Assembly (NCBI GenBank): GCA_944376825.1 | Contig: CALWDY010000021.1 | Span: 1-54,015, forward strand | DNA: 54,015 bases | Direction of reading: 5' to 3' | Origin: an uncultured Clostridia bacterium | GTDB lineage: Bacteria > Bacillota > Clostridia > Christensenellales > UBA1242 | Part shown: positions 27,406-36,819 of the stretch, one piece after another | Layout: the number at the start of each line of letters is the position of its first letter | Numbering within the stretch: the first letter of the stretch is position 1 | Translations under genes and position numbers: made by a program | The notes under the pieces: generated by a model | The model's input: the letters and a program-made list of their open reading frames with translations, nothing else | What the model was told of the DNA's origin: nothing | The model's database searches: none

Positions 27406-28332
27406 CTATATTTCATTGATTTCACTTATTTTATTGTCGGTCATAGAAATTTCATAGTCTTTGGCATTTAAACTAGAATAAAGTGTATAACAAAGTGGAG
27501 AAAGGGATAATATGCCTATCTTTTCAAAATTTCCAAAATATCCCAAAAGTTGATCATCTTTTAAATTTTGTTGCAAATTTAATGATAAAAATTTTCGTGC
27601 AAGATTCATATCTTGCACTTTTAATGCTTCAAAAAAATTATAAGGAACAAGCAAATTGTTATTTGCATTTTTTACTTGTGTGTTTTTTGTGTAAAGAGAT
27701 TGTTCCTTTATTAAAATTTCGTTTTCTTGAACAAAAGAACACACTTTTATGTGTTTTGCCATATCGTTTATGTTTTGTAAAGTTTTAATGTTGTTGCCAT
27801 CTATTTCAATTTGATCGCCATCAACTTGACTAAACACATTATTTGTAACATTATATGCAATGAGTGATTTGTTGTTTTTTTTATTGCACAAAATATTTAT
27901 GTTGTTATCAACAACAAAACTTGAAGCGTTAATCATATTTACTTCGTAAACATACTCGCCTTTGGATGAGAATATCTTTATTCTGTCTTCATAACAAGTA
28001 ATTGTGTATTTAATATTTTTCACTGTGTGAGAAGCAGTGTAAACAATTATATTTGATGACAATAAAAACGGTTTTATAAATATTTCTGCTCTATTTTTAA
28101 AATTATACACTTTAACGCACGAACTTTGTGATTTAACATTAAAGTTTTCATTTTCTAAATTTATACAAAAAGGAATTGACAAATAAGACTGGTCAATTGG
28201 ATATGCCTTTATTAAAAGATTGTTTTTTTCGCAATTTAAAACTTCAAGAAATTTTGTTTCTTCTAAAAAATAATTTTTGTTATCTATTTCTAAAAGAAAA
28301 TTCTCGTTGGAAAATATTTTTAAGTTTTTCAT
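27406..28332 (-). CDS. Hypothetical protein
   Basis: 308-aa ORF with typical composition; TATAAT 5 nt before the ATG. Confidence 0.7.
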   Translation of the reverse strand: MKNLKIFSNENFLLEIDNKNYFLEETKFLEVLNCEKNNLLIKAYPIDQSYLSIPFCINLENENFNVKSQSSCVKVYNFKNRAEIFIKPFLLSSNIIVYTASHTVKNIKYTITCYEDRIKIFSSKGEYVYEVNMINASSFVVDNNINILCNKKNNKSLIAYNVTNNVFSQVDGDQIEIDGNNIKTLQNINDMAKHIKVCSFVQENEILIKEQSLYTKNTQVKNANNNLLVPYNFFEALKVQDMNLARKFLSLNLQQNLKDDQLLGYFGNFEKIGILSLSPLCYTLYSSLNAKDYEISMTDNKISEINEI

Positions 28333-28433
28333 GATGTATTATATGAAATAATTGTTTATAAAATACTTTATTGTTTTTGTATTTATTGTTTAATAAATTT
28401 TTTTTTGTCAATACTTAGCACAAAGGAGAATTT

Positions 28434-29273
28434 ATGAAAGATTATTCAAAGTGGAAAGATGATGAAATTATAAAACTTTTCAATTTTATAGAAAATGGTA
28501 AAAAAGAAAATAAAAGTTTGTCAACATTGTTTAGCGAGTATGCCTCAAAAACAAATAGAATGCCAAACAGTGTAAGAAATTATTATTATGCGGAATTAAA
28601 TTGTTTGCAAAATGATAGTGCAAGGCGAAAAAGACTAAACATAGATTTATCGCTTCATCAAAAAATAGATCAAAAAGAATTTTCAAATGAAGAAACCAAA
28701 GAGTTGGTATTAGAAATACTAAATCAAACATCAAAAGGGATATCGGTAAGAAAAGCTTGTTTAAATTTGGCAAACGGCGACATAAACAAAATGGTTAGGT
28801 TTCAAAACAAATTTAGAACAGTAGTTTTAAAAGATAAAGAATTATATGAAAGTTGTATAAACGAATTAAAAAACAAGGGGGTTAGTGTGAAATCAAAATT
28901 GCCAAACAATGTAATTAGTATGCCAGATAGAAGAAATATATTAACTGAAAGTGATATAAATAGTTTATTTTTGGGGCTTGTTAAGTTGGTAAAAAAGCAA
29001 GCAACGATGCAAGTTAGCACAACTTTAAAACATGAATGTGAAAAGGCAAACCAAACACTTAGGAAAACGCTTGTTGAACTAAGCGAAAAAGACAATGAGT
29101 TAAAAATGCTTAGAAAACAATTTAAAGTTTTAAATATGCAAAACAATAAACTTGTTGAAGAGATTAAACTTCTTAGGGGGCAAACGGCTGAACTTTTAAC
29201 AAAACAAAATAAACTATCTGCACTTAAAAAATTTACTCAAAAATACGAAAATAAATTAAACGAAATCAATTAG
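28434..29273 (+). CDS. RsfA/YlbO-like regulator (tandem Myb-like repeats plus coiled coil)
   Basis: WKDDEIIKLF...FSEYASKTNRMPNSVRNYYY and a second repeat FSNEETKELV; C-terminal heptads. Confidence 0.6.
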   Translation: MKDYSKWKDDEIIKLFNFIENGKKENKSLSTLFSEYASKTNRMPNSVRNYYYAELNCLQNDSARRKRLNIDLSLHQKIDQKEFSNEETKELVLEILNQTSKGISVRKACLNLANGDINKMVRFQNKFRTVVLKDKELYESCINELKNKGVSVKSKLPNNVISMPDRRNILTESDINSLFLGLVKLVKKQATMQVSTTLKHECEKANQTLRKTLVELSEKDNELKMLRKQFKVLNMQNNKLVEEIKLLRGQTAELLTKQNKLSALKKFTQKYENKLNEIN

Positions 29274-29357
29274 CTTTATTCTCACATAAAATAGTTGACT
29301 AAAATGATTTGCGTTGCTATTATATTAATGAATTATATCTATATATAAGAGGAAAAA

Positions 29358-29939
29358 ATGAGTAAAAGAATTAGACTTGTGTTAAGTGTTTGCATTTTGG
29401 CATTGTGTTTAAGTACACTTACTTTTGGTGTGCTTGCGGCAGTGCAAAAAAGCAATCAAATAAAAGGTGAAATAGGTTTTAACGCAGATAATTGTGATGT
29501 TTCTATTTCGGGAGTGGTTACTGGGGCGGTAAAAACAGATGGTAGTGCCAATAATGCTAGTTTTCCAACGTCAATAGTAACAAATGATACACGGGCTTGG
29601 CAAATAAATGATGTTTTGTGTTTTGATGAAAGCAATTATCCAGAAATTCCAGACATTGTTATAACATTTACTGTAACAAACAACTCATCAACGGTTGCGG
29701 TTAAGGTAACGGCGACTTTGGGGTCTGCAATACCAACAGATCATGTAAGTGCAACATTTTCAAGTAATGTTGGAACATGGTCAGACACCGATGGTATAAC
29801 TCTTGGAACCAAAGGTGGAACAGAACCTAGCAGTGCAACTATAACACTAACAATTAGTTTGACAGACAAAATAAACACACTTCCTGCAACACAAGGCAGA
29901 TTGGTTAATTTTAAATTTGAAACACCAACTAATTCATAA
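29358..29939 (+). CDS. Secreted beta-rich protein related to the N-terminal domain of ORF 27..1541
   Basis: Signal peptide ending FGVLAA; ITFTVTNNS.VAVKVT resembles IVVSITNYG.SVSVT. Confidence 0.75.
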   Translation: MSKRIRLVLSVCILALCLSTLTFGVLAAVQKSNQIKGEIGFNADNCDVSISGVVTGAVKTDGSANNASFPTSIVTNDTRAWQINDVLCFDESNYPEIPDIVITFTVTNNSSTVAVKVTATLGSAIPTDHVSATFSSNVGTWSDTDGITLGTKGGTEPSSATITLTISLTDKINTLPATQGRLVNFKFETPTNS

Positions 29940-29972
29940 TATTTTAAATAAAAATGTAAAGTTTTTAAATAT

Positions 29973-29999
29973 ATACAGCAAGTCTTTGCTGTATTTTTT
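29973..29999 (+). terminator. Rho-independent terminator
   Basis: ATACAGCAA-GTCT-TTGCTGTAT followed by a T run. Confidence 0.75.
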
Positions 30000-30001
30000 A
30001 T

Positions 30002-30030
30002 TTGCTAAAAAAAATCATGTTTGTTATCAT
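30002..30030 (+). promoter_or_regulatory. Sigma-A promoter of addBA (leaderless arrangement)
   Basis: TTGCTA-17-TATCAT with extended TG; ATG 7 nt downstream; no SD. Confidence 0.55.
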
Positions 30031-30037
30031 ATAATAA

Positions 30038-33000
30038 ATGGCTGTAAATTTAATTGTTGGACACAAACTTAATTATGTTAGTAAAGAAGTTATAAGGTCT
30101 ATTGATAAAAATAGACACGATTTTTGTTGTGATAATATTGTTGTTGTTCCCGATAGATTTTCAATGGTTGCAGAAAAACTTATATTTGAAATTTTAGATA
30201 TCAAAGCAACATTTAACATTCATGTTATGGGCATAAATAAACTTGCAAAAAAAATCATTGATGATGCTAATCTTAATTGTGTTTATGTGGACAATTTAGA
30301 AAGCACTTTTATTTTGTATAGAGCCATTCAAAAAGCAAAAAGCAAATTTTTGTGTTTTTCAAAAAATATTAGTCAAGGTCTATTAGAAAAAATTAAAAAT
30401 TCACTTTCACTTGTAAGGTCAAGCGATGTTACTGTGGCCGAATTAAAACAAAACCTAAATTTTGTAGATGAAAACAACAAAGCAAAAATGCAAGACATTT
30501 TGTCTGTATATGAAGAGTATGAAAAACTTTTGGATGGCAGACTGGATGCAACAACGGTATTAAAAACTTTTAGTGCATTGATAGAAACATCACTAAAACT
30601 AAAAAACACAAACATATACTTTTGTGGTTTTGATAGTTTTACAAAACAAGGTTATGAAATAATAAAAAAAATTTCAACTAATTGCAAAAATTTAGTTGTT
30701 GGTGTTCTGCACTCGGCAAACAATTCAAATGCAAATATTTATGACAATGAAATGTATGATGAACTCACATCTTTTTTTAAAGACAATAAAATTGACTTCA
30801 ACATAACCAATGTAAAACAAGATTTGGGGTTGGGTCAAGATCAAATCTTTAAAAATGTTTTTGGATACAATATCCAAAAAATAGAAAACTACAACTATGC
30901 TAGCGTGGTGGAGATGCCATCAAAACAAGATGAAATCGAAAATGTTGCAAAGCATATAAATTATTTAACAAAAAACAAAAAATGCAAATTTGATGATATA
31001 AATATAGTTGCAAATAGCAGTTATTTTGATGAAATAGAAAACACTTTTAAAGAATATAATATTTCTTATTATGTTGATAAAGATACAAATTTTTTGCAGA
31101 TACCACTGTGTAATTTTATAAAGTATGCTTTTGATGTTTATTTGGAAAATTATAGTCAAGACAGCATAATAAATTTTTTAAGTAATTATTTTTGCAACAT
31201 AGAAAAACAAGAAAAAGATAACATTCAAAATTATATATTAGAAAACAATATTGAATATAAAAAATTTGGCAAATTACTAGAAGATTATCCGCTTTGCCAG
31301 TTAAATGAACTAAAAAGTTTTGTAAGCAAACTAAATGCTCAAAATAAGGTTGGCTATTATATTCAACAAATAGAAAAATTTTTTGAAGGTTTTTTTGTTC
31401 CTGGTCAAATAGATAACTTATGCGATGAATTTCACAAAACTAACGATTTAAATAACGAAAAAATATATGTTCAAGTTCTAGATAAAATAACTTCTTTAAA
31501 TGAAAAATTTAACAGTGTGCTGAAAGATGAATTTATATCAATAACAGATTTTTATGATTTGTACTTAAATGCATTGTCAAACTTAAAAATTTCCCAAATA
31601 CCATTAAACCTAGATTGCGTTTATGTTGGAGACAGTTCTTCAAGTTTTTTCGAAACAAAAAAATATATGTTTGTTTTGGGTGCAAACCAAGATTCTCTTC
31701 CATCAACAATAAAAGATATGGGACTTTTAAGCGACAAAGAAATAGAAAATTTATCAAAAAAAATAAAGATTACTCCAACGGTAAAAATGATAAACAGAAG
31801 AAACAGATTTAAACTTTTCGATATTTTAAGCGATGCAAAACAAAAACTGTTTGTATATTACAGACTTAACAATGATGATGGTCAAAAAATGTTGCCTTCA
31901 AAATTTGTGGGAGACATTTTGAAACTAGGAGCAAGCAAAATAAACAATGCATATTTTGAAGAAAATTTTGCCGATGATAATGTTTTGGAAAAAATAAAAT
32001 TCAACAATCCAATTTCGTCTGTTGCACTTAAAAACATTTCAAGAAACATATCAATAAGTCCATTGCTAAAAACTGCTTTGCAAAGATTGGGTGAGTTTAA
32101 ACAATTTAATTTTGTAAACAAAGAAAGAGTTTCAAGTGGCAAAATGATGCTAAACTTAAATAAAACAAAAATAAGCCAAATAGAAAGTTATTATGAATGT
32201 CCGTTTAAACATTTTGCAAGACACGGATTAAAATTGGTCGAACAAAAAGATGGAACAATTAAGCCCAATGATTTTGGGAATTTTTTGCACGAGTTTTGCA
32301 AATGCTTTGTTGATTTTGTAAAAGAAAACCAAATTGAAAACGAAAACCAAATTACAAGTGTTGTGGATAAGGTTTTTAAAAATCTTTTAAGTAAGAAAGA
32401 GTATTTGTATTTTAAAGACAAAGAAAATTTATATACACAAGAAATCTTATATAATGAAGTAAAAAGGTTTGCTCTTTTTGTGTGTTTTGAACAAAAAATA
32501 AGCAATTTTAAAATTTTTAAAACAGAATTTAAGTTTGGAGACCGTGTAGAAGATTTATGTGTTTATGTGAATAATGAAAAATATAGCATAGTTGGTATTG
32601 TAGACAGAGTTGATGTGTGTGATGACCATTTTAGAATAATCGATTATAAAACGGGCTCGCTTGCAAGTTCAAATGCCAAAATTGAAAATTTATACAATGG
32701 CACAAAAATTCAAGTTTATGTTTATTTAAAGGCAATAGCAAACAAATTTAATCTTAAACCTTTTGGAGCGTTTTACTTGCCAATTAGCAATGCTTTTTTA
32801 GACACAAAACAAGATGAGTATAAAATGCAAGGCTATTTTATAGACGATATAAATTTAATAGAAAAAGCAGATACCACTTTAAGTTTAAAAAACAATAAAA
32901 GCAAGTTGTTTGAAGTGCAATATTCTCCAAATGTAAAATATGTTAAAGAAAATTTAAAAAAATTTGTATATAGCAAAAATGTAACAAAGCAAGAAATGCA

Positions 33001-33205
33001 AAATATGATAAACTATTCAATAAAAATTGTTGAACAAGCAATAAAAGAAATTTTAAATGGAAACACGCAAATTTCTCCAATTGAAGATAGTTGCAAGTTT
33101 TGCGAATATAAATCAATTTGTGGAATTGATGAAAGCGGTATATTAGCGCGAAAAATAGATGCGAAAATAGGTCCAAAAACTTTTTTGGGAGAAGACAATG
33201 AGTAA
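30038..33205 (+). CDS. addB: ATP-dependent helicase/nuclease subunit B
   Basis: VVVPDRFS, Fe-S cysteines (ECPFKHF; CKFCEYKSIC), nuclease GIVDRVD...IIDYKTG. Confidence 0.93.
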   Translation: MAVNLIVGHKLNYVSKEVIRSIDKNRHDFCCDNIVVVPDRFSMVAEKLIFEILDIKATFNIHVMGINKLAKKIIDDANLNCVYVDNLESTFILYRAIQKAKSKFLCFSKNISQGLLEKIKNSLSLVRSSDVTVAELKQNLNFVDENNKAKMQDILSVYEEYEKLLDGRLDATTVLKTFSALIETSLKLKNTNIYFCGFDSFTKQGYEIIKKISTNCKNLVVGVLHSANNSNANIYDNEMYDELTSFFKDNKIDFNITNVKQDLGLGQDQIFKNVFGYNIQKIENYNYASVVEMPSKQDEIENVAKHINYLTKNKKCKFDDINIVANSSYFDEIENTFKEYNISYYVDKDTNFLQIPLCNFIKYAFDVYLENYSQDSIINFLSNYFCNIEKQEKDNIQNYILENNIEYKKFGKLLEDYPLCQLNELKSFVSKLNAQNKVGYYIQQIEKFFEGFFVPGQIDNLCDEFHKTNDLNNEKIYVQVLDKITSLNEKFNSVLKDEFISITDFYDLYLNALSNLKISQIPLNLDCVYVGDSSSSFFETKKYMFVLGANQDSLPSTIKDMGLLSDKEIENLSKKIKITPTVKMINRRNRFKLFDILSDAKQKLFVYYRLNNDDGQKMLPSKFVGDILKLGASKINNAYFEENFADDNVLEKIKFNNPISSVALKNISRNISISPLLKTALQRLGEFKQFNFVNKERVSSGKMMLNLNKTKISQIESYYECPFKHFARHGLKLVEQKDGTIKPNDFGNFLHEFCKCFVDFVKENQIENENQITSVVDKVFKNLLSKKEYLYFKDKENLYTQEILYNEVKRFALFVCFEQKISNFKIFKTEFKFGDRVEDLCVYVNNEKYSIVGIVDRVDVCDDHFRIIDYKTGSLASSNAKIENLYNGTKIQVYVYLKAIANKFNLKPFGAFYLPISNAFLDTKQDEYKMQGYFIDDINLIEKADTTLSLKNNKSKLFEVQYSPNVKYVKENLKKFVYSKNVTKQEMQNMINYSIKIVEQAIKEILNGNTQISPIEDSCKFCEYKSICGIDESGILARKIDAKIGPKTFLGEDNE

Positions 33206-36200
33206 GGAAGTTTTTGAAAAAATAAAGGAACAAGAAGATGTCCTTTCATCTTACAATAAAAATGTAGTTGTTTCCGCTTCCGCAGGAAGTGGGAAGACTT
33301 CTGTCATGATTAGAAAAATTGTAGATTTAATACTAAACAAAGGCGTGCATGTAAAAGAACTTTTGGTTTTAACTTATACCAATGCGGCGGCGAGTGAAAT
33401 GAAACAAAAACTTCTTGATTATATGACAGAGCAGGCACAAAACAACAGGCAACTTTTAGAAGAAATAGAAGATGTAAATCTTGCAGATATTTCAACATTT
33501 GATAGTTTTTGTCAAAAAATTGTAAAAAGATATTTTTATGTACTAGATATAGATCCGGGATTTAACATTATTCAAGGAAGCCAGCAAAAACAGATACAAC
33601 TTAAAGCATTAAAAAAAACACTTGAAATTTACAAAGAAAAAAACAGCGAAAAATACTTTAATTTGTTTGATATTTACGCAAAAAATAGAACTGATAAAAA
33701 CATAATAAATTTAATAATGAAATTGTACGACTACTCTTGTTCAATTTTAAATTACGAAGAGTGGAAAAACAAATCACTAAAACTATTTGAAAACGAATAT
33801 GCTGGAAATTTGCTTTTCGATAGATATGTTAAAATATTAAATTCTATTTTTTTAAAATACAACAATTTTTTGGAAAAATCTTCAATTTTAAATTTTAATA
33901 AATATTGTGAACAATTAAATCAAAATATATCACAAATAGAATTTTTAAAGAAATCACAAAATTTCGCCAATTTAATAGAAAATGCACAAAACATAGAACT
34001 AAAATCAGTTCCATCAAAGGAAGACAGAGATGAGAACTTGCAACCAAAAATAAAACAAACAAAAGAGTATTTAACAGATGTTATAAACGAAATAAAAAGA
34101 TATGAAAGCAAAGAAATATATTTAAAATCTATTGATGCATGCAAATTTACAACTAAATCTTTATTTGAGTTGTGTGATATATTTAAATTTGAATATGATA
34201 AAATTAAAAAGCAAAAAAATGTATACGATTACAATGATATTGAAAGATTAACAATTAAACTTTTTGAAAACGAGAACATATTAAATGATGTTAAAAATTC
34301 TTATAAAAATATTTTTATAGATGAGTTTCAAGACGCCAATCTTGTTCAAGAAAAAATAATAACCAGTTTAAAAAACGGAAATAACTTGTTTTTTGTGGGT
34401 GATTTAAAGCAGGCAATTTATGGATTTAGACAATCAAACTCTAAAATTTTTGAACGCATATGCAAAGATTTTGACAAAGATGAAAAAACCAATGGCAACT
34501 CACAATCTTTGTATTTAAATTGCAATTTTAGAACAACATCAAAAATACTTTTGTTTATAAATCAAATATTTTCCGTTATTATGACAGAAGAAACGGCAGG
34601 GTTAAACTATAAAGACAAGGCAAAACTAATTCCAAAAGCAAAATATCAAGATGAAAAAAATCCTTGTGTAGAATTGGACATTATTTATAAAGAAGAAAAT
34701 GAAGAAAAAAAATTGCCATCAATTTATAGTGTGCAAAATCAAGATAACAGTCAACATGAAAAAGATGCTGTGATAGAAGCCAATTTTGTTGCAGAAAAAA
34801 TTACAAAGTTGTTAGATGAAGAAATATATGATGTAAAATTAAAAAAATATAGAAAAATTAAATATAGCGATATTGTGATTTTGTTTAGAACGCGTGGAAG
34901 TCAAAATGAATTTATTTCAACATTAAACAAATTTAATATACCAACACAAGAAAATTCAAATAAAGATTTGGAACAAACATACGATGTTATGGTGTTAATA
35001 AACTTATTAAAAGTTGCATCTAATTTTAATAATGATTATTCTCTTGCAAGCATAATGATGTCGGACATTTTCTGCTTTGATGTTGACGAAATGTTAAAAA
35101 TTAGAAAATTAAATGAATATAAATATTTTTATGAGTGTGTAAAAAATTACAATAAAGATGACGAAATAAAGCAAAAAATTGTTGAAATGATGCAAATATT
35201 AAATAATTTTACAAAAATTTTAACTTTTAGCGGAATAAATAAGGCATTTTTATATATTGTTAAAAAGCAAAATTATGAATATAAATTATCTAATTATTTA
35301 AATGGTTATGCAAGAATAAAAAACTTGAAAGATTATATAAATTCTTTTAATAATTCAAATTTCAATTATAGTGTTAGCGAATATTTAAATTTTTTAAAAC
35401 AAAGCACCAGAGAACAAAAAGTTTCTTCTCATGTTGACAGCCAAGATGTTGTAACATTAACAACTATGCACGCAAGCAAAGGGCTAGAATGGCCAATAGT
35501 TATAATTCCAAATCTAGACTACAATTTTAATAGAGCTCCAAACGAAAGTGAAATTGCTCTTAGCGAAGAACTTGGTGTTGGTGTAAAGTATTATGATAGG
35601 ACTTTAAGAAAAAAACACGAAAGTGTGTTTTATGATTTGGTAAAATATCAAAACAAAGAAAATGAGTTTAGTGAAAAAATAAGGCTTTTATATGTGGCAT
35701 TAACAAGGGCAAAAAACAAACTCATTTTGGTTTCAACAAAGGCAAAACTAAACTTTTATAAATATGAAGATGAAAGACAAATAAAATCATCTCAATCATA
35801 CCTAGATTTTATAGTTAATTCACTTAATGAAAAAGATATAAAAAAAATAATAAACAAGCAAACATTTTATATTAATGATGACAGTCAATATAAGTGCAAT
35901 TTAATTAATGCAAAATGCTATTTGTCAAATGTAAAGCCAAAAATGATAAAAGTATATAAAAATATTTTTGATGAAGACAAAATAAAAGAATTTCAAGATT
36001 ATATAAAACAAGAATATTTTAATAGAGAAGCAACAGAGAAAGCACAAAAAAATTCAGTTTCAAAAATTTTGCAAGATGACAATTTTTCAAGTTACAACAT
36101 AGCACCAAAAAGTTTAAATATAAACGAACATTTAAATGAAATTGACAAAAGCCAATTGGGTTCTGCTTATCATAAGATTATTGAAATGTTAGATTTTAAA

Positions 36201-36638
36201 AACGAAATAAGTACTCAAAACATTAAAGAGGCAATCAATAAACTCGAAAAAGAACAAGTTTTTAAAAAAGAAGTTTTAGATTTGCTAAACATAAACACAA
36301 TTCAAAAAAATGTGGATATATTGCTAAAATTATCAAATGGATGCGAAGTTTTAAAAGAACAAAGTTTTATTATGCAATTGCCTTACAGTGAAGTAGTGCA
36401 AAGCAACATTGATGATAAAATTTTAATTCAAGGCGTTTGCGACCTTATTATTTTAAAAGAAAACAGTGCAATATTGGTGGACTATAAGTATAGTAATCTA
36501 TCCGAGTCAAATCTTTTAAAAAAGTATAACAAACAAATATGGCTTTATAAAAAAGCAATCGAATGCGGTTTAAATAAAAATGTTGAAGGAGCTTTTATTT
36601 TAAGTTTAAGGCAGGGAAAACTTATAAAGTGCGAATAG
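33198..36638 (+). CDS. addA: ATP-dependent helicase/nuclease subunit A
   Basis: ASAGSGKT, IDEFQD, VGDLKQAIYGFR, TMHASKGLE, LYVALTRAK, nuclease QGVCDL...VDYK. Confidence 0.95.
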   Translation: MSKEVFEKIKEQEDVLSSYNKNVVVSASAGSGKTSVMIRKIVDLILNKGVHVKELLVLTYTNAAASEMKQKLLDYMTEQAQNNRQLLEEIEDVNLADISTFDSFCQKIVKRYFYVLDIDPGFNIIQGSQQKQIQLKALKKTLEIYKEKNSEKYFNLFDIYAKNRTDKNIINLIMKLYDYSCSILNYEEWKNKSLKLFENEYAGNLLFDRYVKILNSIFLKYNNFLEKSSILNFNKYCEQLNQNISQIEFLKKSQNFANLIENAQNIELKSVPSKEDRDENLQPKIKQTKEYLTDVINEIKRYESKEIYLKSIDACKFTTKSLFELCDIFKFEYDKIKKQKNVYDYNDIERLTIKLFENENILNDVKNSYKNIFIDEFQDANLVQEKIITSLKNGNNLFFVGDLKQAIYGFRQSNSKIFERICKDFDKDEKTNGNSQSLYLNCNFRTTSKILLFINQIFSVIMTEETAGLNYKDKAKLIPKAKYQDEKNPCVELDIIYKEENEEKKLPSIYSVQNQDNSQHEKDAVIEANFVAEKITKLLDEEIYDVKLKKYRKIKYSDIVILFRTRGSQNEFISTLNKFNIPTQENSNKDLEQTYDVMVLINLLKVASNFNNDYSLASIMMSDIFCFDVDEMLKIRKLNEYKYFYECVKNYNKDDEIKQKIVEMMQILNNFTKILTFSGINKAFLYIVKKQNYEYKLSNYLNGYARIKNLKDYINSFNNSNFNYSVSEYLNFLKQSTREQKVSSHVDSQDVVTLTTMHASKGLEWPIVIIPNLDYNFNRAPNESEIALSEELGVGVKYYDRTLRKKHESVFYDLVKYQNKENEFSEKIRLLYVALTRAKNKLILVSTKAKLNFYKYEDERQIKSSQSYLDFIVNSLNEKDIKKIINKQTFYINDDSQYKCNLINAKCYLSNVKPKMIKVYKNIFDEDKIKEFQDYIKQEYFNREATEKAQKNSVSKILQDDNFSSYNIAPKSLNINEHLNEIDKSQLGSAYHKIIEMLDFKNEISTQNIKEAINKLEKEQVFKKEVLDLLNINTIQKNVDILLKLSNGCEVLKEQSFIMQLPYSEVVQSNIDDKILIQGVCDLIILKENSAILVDYKYSNLSESNLLKKYNKQIWLYKKAIECGLNKNVEGAFILSLRQGKLIKCE

Positions 36639-36819
36639 TGATATATTTGCACTTTATTTATTTTGATTTTTTAATATTTAAAATAATACATTGAAAAATA
36701 AAAATAAATTCAAAAAAAAATTATTAAAAAAAACAAAAAAATATTTAAAAATATTAGTTAAAAAAATATTAATGTGATATACTACACTCGAAAAATGTAT
36801 AAAAAAGGGGAAGGTTAAT

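Noticed and set aside
36640-36800. A-rich tracts as a functional repeat
   Set aside because: Low-complexity AT-rich promoter-upstream DNA with no definable unit
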